A DNA stretch of 64,000 nucleotides from a virus (taxonomy: Duplodnaviria > Caudoviricetes). The notes under the pieces were generated by a model that made no database searches, was not told the DNA's origin, and saw nothing but the letters and a program-made list of their open reading frames with translations. Shown piece after piece: positions 9,659 to 17,981 of this stretch. The DNA lies in the IMG/VR virus record IMGVR_UViG_3300020576_004226, positions 21,322-85,321 of that record; one strand, 5' to 3'. The stretch's first letter is position 1; each line of letters begins with the position of its first letter. Position numbers and translations under genes: made by a program.

Positions 9659-10065
9659 TGAACGCACTTGACTTGGAGAAATTATCCGAAACGATGGCCG
9701 TCCTAAAGACCAACCGGCATATTGAGTTAGAAGCCTTAGAGTTGATGCTAAGGGAGTCGGTTGCTAAAGGCCACAACAATACACTCATCGGCTTTATCAC
9801 TTGGCTCGAGGCAAATTTCGACATCGCTCCGAACGGTGGAGTAATTGACAAACTCAAAGAGTTTCTATTCTTCACCCGTCCTGTAGAATTTCACTTCATT
9901 CCTTCGGTAGCAAAGAAGGAGAATCTGCCTGAAGAACCTGAAGAAAATACGGCTTGCTTCCTGGAGGAGGAGACAGACGGCTTCGGCAATAACCTTATGG
10001 CATTTTGGAGAATGGAAGTTGGAAAGTGGGAATGCATACCTATTTCTGAATTAGCACAAAAATAA
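9655..10065 (+). CDS. Hypothetical protein
   Basis: 136-aa coupled ORF. Confidence 0.55.
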   Translation: MMNALDLEKLSETMAVLKTNRHIELEALELMLRESVAKGHNNTLIGFITWLEANFDIAPNGGVIDKLKEFLFFTRPVEFHFIPSVAKKENLPEEPEENTACFLEEETDGFGNNLMAFWRMEVGKWECIPISELAQK

Positions 10066-10070
10066 TCGCT

Positions 10071-10376
10071 ATGGACATTCCAACCCGGCTTTACGCGGCA
10101 ATTCGTTCCCTTCCGAAGCCTCGCAAGACCAAGTACGACAAGAATGGTACTCACGTCAAATTCTATTATCGAATTGTTGAATTAGGTAAAGTTCCCGGCT
10201 TGACAATCGCCCGAAACGGATTCATATACGCTCTTGACTCGCATCAAGCCGTTGACAAGTTAGCAAGCCGATACGACCTATGCGGTGGAGGCTTAATTGA
10301 GAAGCCGCTCCCTGACGACTGCGAAGGCCGGGAAGAAGTTCAACCAGTTTTAACACTATACAGATTCATCAAGTAA
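10071..10376 (+). CDS. Hypothetical protein
   Basis: 101-aa ORF with TAATG overlap to the next gene. Confidence 0.55.
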   Translation: MDIPTRLYAAIRSLPKPRKTKYDKNGTHVKFYYRIVELGKVPGLTIARNGFIYALDSHQAVDKLASRYDLCGGGLIEKPLPDDCEGREEVQPVLTLYRFIK

Positions 10377-10843
10377 TGGTACTCAAATACATCATCATCA
10401 AAAACTCGGGAGCCATATTGTTCCCTGAAATCATAAGCCATTCGCAGGTCGGCAACCTATTCAATCAAGAGCCGATGATACCCGAAAGCGCAGGATTCGC
10501 TGTTATGGAAGACGGCAAGTGCGTTGGGGTATATGGTAACGCCGTATCGATGAAAGGCTTACCAAGTTTACCCGGCGACGAGCACGTAATCAACGACTTC
10601 TTGTCTCCTGCAAGCCTCATCAAATATTACCACGCGTCAACTCAATCGGTAAGGGAGGAAGGCTTGGAGAAAGCGGACAAAAACAGACCTGGAATGCTCA
10701 TTGTCAAAGTGCCGGATAATTGGACAGAGCAGAACGTAAGACAATTCAGGGAGACTTGGCAACGATTGATAGAGAGTCCCGGTAATGCCGTCAAAATAAC
10801 GCTCGTGGACGTATTTGATAATACCAATCAAGTTGTCAAGTAA
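10376..10843 (+). CDS. Hypothetical protein
   Basis: 155-aa coupled ORF. Confidence 0.55.
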   Translation: MVLKYIIIKNSGAILFPEIISHSQVGNLFNQEPMIPESAGFAVMEDGKCVGVYGNAVSMKGLPSLPGDEHVINDFLSPASLIKYYHASTQSVREEGLEKADKNRPGMLIVKVPDNWTEQNVRQFRETWQRLIESPGNAVKITLVDVFDNTNQVVK

Positions 10844-10910
10844 CGGTTTGAAATTACATCATTCCAAAGTTCCAAAATACCAAAATCCATTTTAAAGATT
10901 CACATCAGCC

Positions 10911-12143
10911 ATGGCAGAGAAAATAGTGACGCAACCGAACGTTCATCAAAGTGTCAAAAGGGACAAACTTGACCCGGATATTCTTAACAAACCCGTTGAA
11001 ATAGACGAGATTGTCAAAGACCCCAATGCGTACAGGATGTGGCTCCAATTGGAGAAGGTGGATTGGCTCAATGATAAGAGGACATATGAAGCGTCAGACG
11101 GCAGTTTGATTGACCTCGCAATCATCGCACCCTGGCTGAAGAGACGTATCACCCACCTGCCCGCTAAGGAGCAGGAGCATATTTGGGACATCAAGAACAA
11201 CCACTATCAGAAGGCTCGGCTGTTAGCCAACCAATGGAAGAAGAAAGCCTTTGGGACAATACCCGGTCCAAAGAAGCAAGCCAAGGAGGGCGACGACAAC
11301 AAGCGTCAAAAGCAGATTGAGAACGCCAACGTCGCCCGATTTGCGATGCTCATACCGAGGACTCCCGAGTTGATTGAATTGTTCGGAAGGATGTTCACAA
11401 TTGATGAGGTATTCGTCATGTGCGTTGAGGACTGGGGCTTGCCGGTAAATAAGAAGATGCTGTCCGAGTTTCGCAACCATTATGCTGAAATCATTGCGGA
11501 CAAAATCAACCACCACAAGAAGTCATTTGCTGATTTGAGATTGGGCATCAAGAAGTCCCGACTGGAGGAGTTTTGTTGGATATATGCCGAGTTGAAGAAG
11601 GACTACAAGAAGACCCGTCAAGTCAAAATGATTGAGCAAATGCGGGGTGTTCTTCAGGATATTCGCAAGGAGATTGAAGGTGACAAGATCATCATCGAAG
11701 GCAACCTGGACATCAACATCGAGGCTTCCGTCAATGACCACCTTCAGAACGAGGTTCTCAAGAATTTGAGCATCCGTGATTTGATTATCGGAAGGGTAGC
11801 GGCTCGAGTGGGGAGCAACCCGGCTCTTTTGGTTTACTATTTGACCAAGTCATATTATGCCAAATTCTCGGGCACAACTGGACCAATTGAAGACACGGCT
11901 TACGAGACAATTCAATATCCAAACGACGCTGGGTACGACTTTGATATGATTGAGAAGAACCAACAGCGTCTCCTGAATGAGCCTAATCAGCCCGAGTTGG
12001 TCGCTCCTTTGCCTTCGACCGTTGATATGACCGCAGGGGAGAAACTCCGTCAGAGGCTGCTTAGCATTGCTCTCGCCAAAACCTCGGACATGGAGCGCAA
12101 CCAAACAGCCAACACCATAGTTTTATCCCCAAAGCAAAAGTAA
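10911..12143 (+). CDS. Hypothetical protein, possible small terminase subunit
   Basis: 410-aa helical protein with an LIELFGRMFT...SRLEEFCWIY...LQDIRKEIEG segment. The function call is weak inference. Confidence 0.4.
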   Translation: MAEKIVTQPNVHQSVKRDKLDPDILNKPVEIDEIVKDPNAYRMWLQLEKVDWLNDKRTYEASDGSLIDLAIIAPWLKRRITHLPAKEQEHIWDIKNNHYQKARLLANQWKKKAFGTIPGPKKQAKEGDDNKRQKQIENANVARFAMLIPRTPELIELFGRMFTIDEVFVMCVEDWGLPVNKKMLSEFRNHYAEIIADKINHHKKSFADLRLGIKKSRLEEFCWIYAELKKDYKKTRQVKMIEQMRGVLQDIRKEIEGDKIIIEGNLDINIEASVNDHLQNEVLKNLSIRDLIIGRVAARVGSNPALLVYYLTKSYYAKFSGTTGPIEDTAYETIQYPNDAGYDFDMIEKNQQRLLNEPNQPELVAPLPSTVDMTAGEKLRQRLLSIALAKTSDMERNQTANTIVLSPKQK

Positions 12144-12278
12144 CGCCATGGCAGTTTACAGAGAATAAACAGAAGCGTATGGACGCCAAAGTTCACCTTA
12201 CTGTTAAACAATATCTTGCTGATTTCTCCTCTTTCGAGGGTATTGAGGCTTTCATTGGCAACGAAATAAGACAAAACA

Positions 12279-13238
12279 ATGGGTAAGAACCACGTATTCA
12301 TCATAGCAAGGGACTCGAACACCCGGCTTCGCGTTCCTTGCTGCGTTCGCAAGTACGGCGCCAAGAAAGAGTACGGCGCTGAGAATGTCTATCCGACACG
12401 CGAGGCTTGCGCCTCTGCAATTATCCAGGATGAGGTGTTCGAATATACCCAAAGAGACGGGCAAAAGGTTCTCGTCACCCTCGCGCACATCCGAAAGCAC
12501 TGCAAATGCCTGGGAAGCGACGAGTGCGCCAAGGATGAGTTTGATATCGCTTTCCAACGCTCCGGTTTGGTGAGGAACGACTTCACCCGAGTGCTTGATA
12601 TGGGGGATGTTTTGGTCAGCAACTTCAATATGTTTTTCTGGATTTGTGACTGCGGAACAAATGAGTTGTGGGTAAGGGAAGAGGATTGTCGTTTCATCAA
12701 GAAGATTGACGCCATCCATTCCATTGGTCCAGTATTTGATCCAGAAAAACTTGACAATCTGATAATCGGCGCTGACTTCGCTACCGGAGAAGATACAACC
12801 AATTTTTCATTGTTCAAGAAGCATAACGACGGCACATTTGAGTTGCTTCCACCCGGTGAATTTCCGGTTGACTCTCCCAAGATCAACAAATTGTTCCCTA
12901 TGCACTTTGCTCATATCGGAGACGCTGATGCGAGCCGGTATCCGTTCAAGGTAAGCGATGAAGCATGGCAACAATTTCAAAAGGAATATCTCAACGCACC
13001 CGTCGCCCACAACGATGTTGCTTGTCAGGCTCTTGCTGAGTATGACCGTCTTGCTACGGCTCGGGATATTGCCATGTTCGAGCAAATCCCTGGACCAAAC
13101 GGCGAATTGATAAACGGAAGGCGTCTCAATACCCCGAGTATCCCTTTGGTAAGCATGTATTCAATAGCACAACAATACGGAACAACAGTCAAGGAAATGA
13201 AAGAACACTGGCGTTGCCATAAACAACAAGGACAATGA
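12279..13238 (+). CDS. Hypothetical protein
   Basis: 319-aa ORF, apparently composite. Confidence 0.55.
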   Translation: MGKNHVFIIARDSNTRLRVPCCVRKYGAKKEYGAENVYPTREACASAIIQDEVFEYTQRDGQKVLVTLAHIRKHCKCLGSDECAKDEFDIAFQRSGLVRNDFTRVLDMGDVLVSNFNMFFWICDCGTNELWVREEDCRFIKKIDAIHSIGPVFDPEKLDNLIIGADFATGEDTTNFSLFKKHNDGTFELLPPGEFPVDSPKINKLFPMHFAHIGDADASRYPFKVSDEAWQQFQKEYLNAPVAHNDVACQALAEYDRLATARDIAMFEQIPGPNGELINGRRLNTPSIPLVSMYSIAQQYGTTVKEMKEHWRCHKQQGQ

Positions 13239-13384
13239 TACTCGTAAACATTTGGTTCGACACGCCGCAAGGCAATTACAACTATTTGGGTATGGTAACG
13301 ACCCGCATAATCTCACCTTCAAAACTGTTCCGGAAGGCTTTCGGCTTCAACATGCCTGAGCATACGGAAGTGACTTTGATATGA
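13235..13384 (+). CDS. Small hypothetical protein (49 aa, not in the ORF track)
   Basis: MILVNIWFDTPQG...EVTLI; ATGA overlaps at both ends. Confidence 0.5.
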   Translation: MILVNIWFDTPQGNYNYLGMVTTRIISPSKLFRKAFGFNMPEHTEVTLI

Positions 13385-13677
13385 CAACATTATTGACGAC
13401 ATTCGTTGAGACGCATTACTCCTTCCATGTAAGCGCCAACGGGTATTCCTTTGTTTGTACAGTGACTTGGGACGGCAACTCCTACCGCACCTGCGTGCTC
13501 GGTAAGCCCAACAGAATTGGCAAGCAAAACCATAAGACAATGCAAGATGCCATACTGGAGTGCTTTGGCTTTTGTGGCTCTTCGGAAGGCGACGCAATCA
13601 ACTTGACAATAGACCTTACAAGGAAATTTCTCAACCTCGGCGAGCATGACGCTGTCGGCAACTTGAAGAAAATATGA
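13381..13677 (+). CDS. Hypothetical protein
   Basis: ATGA-coupled 98-aa ORF. Confidence 0.55.
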   Translation: MTTLLTTFVETHYSFHVSANGYSFVCTVTWDGNSYRTCVLGKPNRIGKQNHKTMQDAILECFGFCGSSEGDAINLTIDLTRKFLNLGEHDAVGNLKKI

Positions 13678-13946
13678 CACACAAAATTATGTTCTTTCTC
13701 ACCTTGCTGCTATTCATTTTGGCAGCTGGTTCGCTCTGGAAATGGATCAACACAAAGTACAAGCGGCCACCCGAGCCTCCTCGCTTCAATCACGAAATAT
13801 TGGAATTGTTTTGGGACAACAAAGACCGCTCCGTCGCTTCTCAGGTTTGCCGCGACCGGGTGCTGGAGAAGTTCACCTTGCGCAACCTTTGGCTGGCCTG
13901 GAAATACAAGATTGAGTTGAGGCTTTACAAATACATAGGCAAATGA
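13674..13946 (+). CDS. Hypothetical protein with N-terminal TM helix
   Basis: IMFFLTLLLFILAAGSLW hydrophobic segment; ATGA-coupled. Confidence 0.55.
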   Translation: MTHKIMFFLTLLLFILAAGSLWKWINTKYKRPPEPPRFNHEILELFWDNKDRSVASQVCRDRVLEKFTLRNLWLAWKYKIELRLYKYIGK

Positions 13947-14272
13947 GACACCGTATCAAGAAATATGATTTTGTCCTTCTGCGTTTTGAGACTCGGGAAG
14001 GAATTGATGAGAAGCGGTTTGAGAACTGCTCGGTTGGGAAGGCCGTCCGCACACTCGTATCCGACATCAAGATGCCGGTAATTCTCCACAAGGTTAACAC
14101 AAGTGAATCGCACTTGCACGTGGCTGTTCAGAAAGTCAAGAACCGTTGTAACAGTTACGAGGGCTTGGTTGATGGAAAGCCTGGAGTAAGACAACCCGGC
14201 GAAAGCGACGGGTGGGAGCGCAGAGATGCGTTCTTTGCGGAAGAAAAACGTAATTATCTCAATTCAAATTAA
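13943..14272 (+). CDS. Hypothetical protein
   Basis: ATGA-coupled 109-aa ORF. Confidence 0.55.
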   Translation: MRHRIKKYDFVLLRFETREGIDEKRFENCSVGKAVRTLVSDIKMPVILHKVNTSESHLHVAVQKVKNRCNSYEGLVDGKPGVRQPGESDGWERRDAFFAEEKRNYLNSN

Positions 14273-14279
14273 CAACATA

Positions 14280-14582
14280 ATGAAACTCGTACAAGCACAG
14301 AAACTCATGCTCATGCACGCCCTGGGCTACCTCGTCAAAATCGAAGACAATCACTATGAAGATCAACCAGCTACGGATATCTACGAGGCCACGGAAACGG
14401 ACGCTGCGGATAGTGACGGAGAAGTGAAGGAAGGCGAGATCGTCTATGACAGTTCGGTTTACTCGGCTCGGCCATTGCGTGTTGTGAATGCTGAAAGCGT
14501 GAAGACCTACATTCCATTTGATTGGAAGAATCAGGAGGTTGACCCGAACACAGATGTTTCAATTGACGACCTCCCGTTCTAA
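14280..14582 (+). CDS. Hypothetical protein
   Basis: ATG at 14280 after an A-rich leader. Confidence 0.55.
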   Translation: MKLVQAQKLMLMHALGYLVKIEDNHYEDQPATDIYEATETDAADSDGEVKEGEIVYDSSVYSARPLRVVNAESVKTYIPFDWKNQEVDPNTDVSIDDLPF

Positions 14583-14585
14583 GCC

Positions 14586-15128
14586 ATGAGAATCATAACT
14601 ACAAACCGCTCTGCAGACGTACATGCTCAGGTTGAAGGGAGACCCGAAATTTGGGGCTGTGGACCAACTCGAAATGCCGCCATTGGCAACTTGATTGCCG
14701 CTCATCAGGAATTATTCAACGTATCGGTACTTGACCAAGGCCAAACTTTACCCAACGATATGAAAAGGAAAATCATCATCAAGCATGAAGTCCCTGACGG
14801 CTTCTACGACGACATCATGGTCACTGCGCTTGAAGGAGGCATCAACTACTGGTGCTCAAAGGCGACCGCTAAGGACGGTAACTTCTTTGGTGCAGAGTTT
14901 GTTTCAGACGTGATATCTAAGGGAGGCATTGTCATTATCCACCCGGACGACGAAAGTGGCGAGGAGCCAAAAGAGTTGACCGCAGACATGATTGATTTGG
15001 CGCTTCAGCAACTCATCGACCGCCATGGCCAGGAATGGATTGACAAACTGATGTCCCAGGATATTGACGCTGGAGACGCAGACACCATTATTCAACAAGC
15101 CATATTCGGCGAACAAATCTTTGGATAG
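14586..15128 (+). CDS. Hypothetical protein (possible fusion of two small genes)
   Basis: 180-aa ORF with an internal MKRKIIIK segment and TALEGGINYW motif. Confidence 0.55.
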   Translation: MRIITTNRSADVHAQVEGRPEIWGCGPTRNAAIGNLIAAHQELFNVSVLDQGQTLPNDMKRKIIIKHEVPDGFYDDIMVTALEGGINYWCSKATAKDGNFFGAEFVSDVISKGGIVIIHPDDESGEEPKELTADMIDLALQQLIDRHGQEWIDKLMSQDIDAGDADTIIQQAIFGEQIFG

Positions 15129-15130
15129 CC

Positions 15131-15361
15131 ATGTCATACTTTGAGAACAAGGCAAAACTCAAAACGGCTCTTGAAGTCATTGAGTCAGACCGTCGCACCA
15201 AGACTCAATATGATTTGAGGGAGAAAAACCGAAAATTGGAGCGAATCGTGGCTACTTTAGTTGTTGCTCTGCTTGCCGGGTTCATTATATTCTTTGTATT
15301 ACCAAAGCCTAAACAAAATGGTCTGGATAGACGCCACCAAGGGACTACCGCGCAAGAATGA
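15131..15361 (+). CDS. Small membrane-anchored hypothetical protein
   Basis: Coiled-coil segment plus one TM (IVATLVVALLAGFIIFFVL). Confidence 0.5.
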   Translation: MSYFENKAKLKTALEVIESDRRTKTQYDLREKNRKLERIVATLVVALLAGFIIFFVLPKPKQNGLDRRHQGTTAQE

Positions 15362-15569
15362 CGCAACCCAGCGCAATCAAAACCTCAACTACAGCGTGCG
15401 GGTAATTGTTTGCGTATATCACACCAATGGCAACTTTGAGTCGCTTTCGTTTGGACGCTACTCATTCGAGTCTGGCGAATGGATGGTAGAGGGCTTCGGC
15501 GGCAATTGGGTGATTACTCATTGGACTTATCAAATACACCCTGTTACAAAACAAATCATTTTAGAATAA
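15318..15569 (+). CDS. Hypothetical protein
   Basis: MVWIDATKGLP...W...VTHW pattern seen in small phage proteins. Confidence 0.5.
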   Translation: MVWIDATKGLPRKNDATQRNQNLNYSVRVIVCVYHTNGNFESLSFGRYSFESGEWMVEGFGGNWVITHWTYQIHPVTKQIILE

Positions 15570-15570
15570 T

Positions 15571-16083
15571 ATGGAATCAAAGAACAAAATGTCCGAGTTG
15601 AGTGTTGCAAACGGACAGTACGCTCGTTCTCGCAACCTATACAGAATGAATCTTGGTCCGCATGCTTTGAGTAACGATACAGAAGACGGCGTGCCTCAAC
15701 CCACTTCATTGGATTCGCCCGACGTTTGGCTGCTGTATGCCGATGTTATTCAACATAAGCAGAAGAAGGAGGCATTGAAGGCTGCTCTACAGCGTTGCAT
15801 CAATGCTTGCGAATACCTCGTCAAATTAGTTCAACGCAATTCTCCCAGTATCAGCAATAAAGATCAATGGAGAACGCTCGTGTACCCGTATGAGTATTGC
15901 CAGAATGAGGCACGCGTTGACTTCAACAGCCTTCAACAACCAATAATTGCTCAAGCCTTTGCTGAACAATTGGGCAAGCAAATATTTGATTTCAACGGAG
16001 GTGAATACTCCGCTTGCTATGTTGAATATATGCAACAGCCTCCGAACGACCATGATGGAGTGCGCTTCTATTTTGTCAAGTAA
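15571..16083 (+). CDS. Hypothetical protein
   Basis: 170-aa ORF. Confidence 0.55.
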   Translation: MESKNKMSELSVANGQYARSRNLYRMNLGPHALSNDTEDGVPQPTSLDSPDVWLLYADVIQHKQKKEALKAALQRCINACEYLVKLVQRNSPSISNKDQWRTLVYPYEYCQNEARVDFNSLQQPIIAQAFAEQLGKQIFDFNGGEYSACYVEYMQQPPNDHDGVRFYFVK

Positions 16084-16120
16084 AACAAGCAAAGTTTTTT
16101 AATACATAACGCACCACGCA

Positions 16121-16432
16121 ATGAGATTCATACTCCTTTTTTCGCTCCTGTTCGTCTGCTTTTCAGCTTCGGCTCAAACCGATTCCAACGGCAATATTTC
16201 AATCCAACCTGGAGACATCATTCGATTCACACCACATTTTGATGCTACAAAACCAATTGAGGTGAAGTACACCAAGTCATGGCAACCCGCTGGTCAGTCG
16301 TACACGTTGTATGGATACAAGCAGATTGTTATACTTAAACAAAACCGAAACGGCTCGTTTGAGTTCGCCAAATACAGAGACGCATTCATGGCAGCAGTAG
16401 AAGACTACAGGTCTTTGACTCAAAGAAATTGA
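16121..16432 (+). CDS. Secreted hypothetical protein
   Basis: Signal peptide MRFILLFSLLFVCFSASA|Q. Confidence 0.6.
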   Translation: MRFILLFSLLFVCFSASAQTDSNGNISIQPGDIIRFTPHFDATKPIEVKYTKSWQPAGQSYTLYGYKQIVILKQNRNGSFEFAKYRDAFMAAVEDYRSLTQRN

Positions 16433-16437
16433 AGAAT

Positions 16438-16511
16438 ATCCAGTGGGGAAGGGAGGCCGCGCAAAGTGTCGCTTGAAAGCGTTCCGACAGAGCCGAACTT
16501 CCCCTATGGAT
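16438..16511 (+). other. Extended intergenic RNA hairpin (candidate cis-regulatory or processing element)
   Basis: Nested pairings ATCCA/TGGAT, GGGGAAG/CTTCCCC, GGC/GCC and TGTCG/CGACA. Confidence 0.45.
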
Positions 16512-16534
16512 TTTAAACACAACAACAAAAAGTT

Positions 16535-16771
16535 ATGAGCAACCTGATTAACACATTCGACCCGGCTGCGCTTGACAGCAAAGACTACCCAGCTGTACTT
16601 TTGTTCTTTGCCAATTTGAAGAAGAAAGCCGAGCAACACGGCTTCTCAGGTTTTGAATTGGCGGTGAATGAAGATGGAGTTGTGGATGTACTCGGATTTG
16701 AGCAAGAAGACGGCACTGTTCACCCCAACACAATAGCCGAGATTGACAGGCTTTTGGAACCTTATTTGTAA
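16535..16771 (+). CDS. Hypothetical protein
   Basis: 78-aa ORF. Confidence 0.55.
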   Translation: MSNLINTFDPAALDSKDYPAVLLFFANLKKKAEQHGFSGFELAVNEDGVVDVLGFEQEDGTVHPNTIAEIDRLLEPYL

Positions 16772-16774
16772 GAC

Positions 16775-17059
16775 ATGTACACATTCAAATTCACAGCAAA
16801 CAAGGTCGCGGTCATGTTTGTTATAGGCTTCCTTTGCTACAATATCGCAGGGCAGCTGACTCGCTGGTTGTACGAGCACGATGTGTTTATTGTGCTCTGC
16901 TTCATTTTCATACTCTGGGGTATTTCCTACTTCCCAGTTTGGATTGTTGATTGGGCTTTATACAAAATGGCTGAATGGACAGAAGACGCCAAACGGAAAG
17001 CGAACGCGCAGAAGTATGGCCACACCTACACCAAGTTCAAAGAGACAAAAAAGAAATGA
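16775..17059 (+). CDS. Hypothetical membrane protein (2 TM)
   Basis: Two hydrophobic segments and a basic C-terminus. Confidence 0.55.
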   Translation: MYTFKFTANKVAVMFVIGFLCYNIAGQLTRWLYEHDVFIVLCFIFILWGISYFPVWIVDWALYKMAEWTEDAKRKANAQKYGHTYTKFKETKKK

Positions 17060-17895
17060 CATACAGCAACTTCCAATTCGCAAAACCCATCACATTTGAC
17101 CGCCACTCGGCTTCCAGAGCATTGACCCGGTACATTGTCTTTCCAGCTGGAGACAACCGCACTGCCATAATTATGACGCTTGACGTCCCATTCGAGGAAG
17201 TGCCTCGCTATATGAGGAATGATTGGCAAGTAACTTCTTGCGACAGTGAGGAGGAGTTTGTTTCTCGCTTTGGTAAGCCGCTTTACGACCTCATCGTTGC
17301 GGAGTACGCCAAGGTAGAGGACAAAGATGCCGCTAAGCGTGAATTAGGTGTTAAATTAGCAGCGATCATTCATCAGATTCCAGCAGCCATTGCTTCCGAG
17401 ATTGAGAGCAGCACTCTGGTTGACCCGGAAGCGGTTTGGAAAGCCAAGTTCGCCTTCATTCAAAACCTCCATCGCCTCAACAATATCAAAGACCATATGT
17501 ATGGAATGATGGGAGCGGAAGAGGCTGCCGGGTATTATTCCAAGGAGGTTGAGCAAGAGTTTGAAGCCTTCCTTACTGTCAACGGACAATACGTGCTCCA
17601 TATTTTGGCGGCAATCAACCCTTTGTACGAAAAACACGGACACAACACTACAATTCAGATGGACTTTGAAGTCCCTATCATGTCGGAACAACCAGACGCA
17701 ATGCAGATGAGGCGCCACAACCGAGCGCACAGCTCCGCTGGAGTAAAGACGTTCAAGCAAATGCTCGAGGTGTTCTTGGAACGGGTGCGGCTCGTCAGGG
17801 AGGAAGAAAGCCTTGCAACAATATCGGCTTTGATGGTGGCTCATACTATGTGCCATGAAGCAATACGAGGTTTCAAACTTTTTGAACAAGAATAG
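17056..17895 (+). CDS. Hypothetical protein
   Basis: ATGA-coupled start at 17056; about 279 aa. Confidence 0.6.
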   Translation: MTYSNFQFAKPITFDRHSASRALTRYIVFPAGDNRTAIIMTLDVPFEEVPRYMRNDWQVTSCDSEEEFVSRFGKPLYDLIVAEYAKVEDKDAAKRELGVKLAAIIHQIPAAIASEIESSTLVDPEAVWKAKFAFIQNLHRLNNIKDHMYGMMGAEEAAGYYSKEVEQEFEAFLTVNGQYVLHILAAINPLYEKHGHNTTIQMDFEVPIMSEQPDAMQMRRHNRAHSSAGVKTFKQMLEVFLERVRLVREEESLATISALMVAHTMCHEAIRGFKLFEQE

Positions 17896-17981
17896 GGGCA
17901 GTTATCACTTACTTACCACCGTTATTAGAGTGGACAACGTATTGATTCTCTGAAACTTATCATCAAAAAGATTGACTTAAC

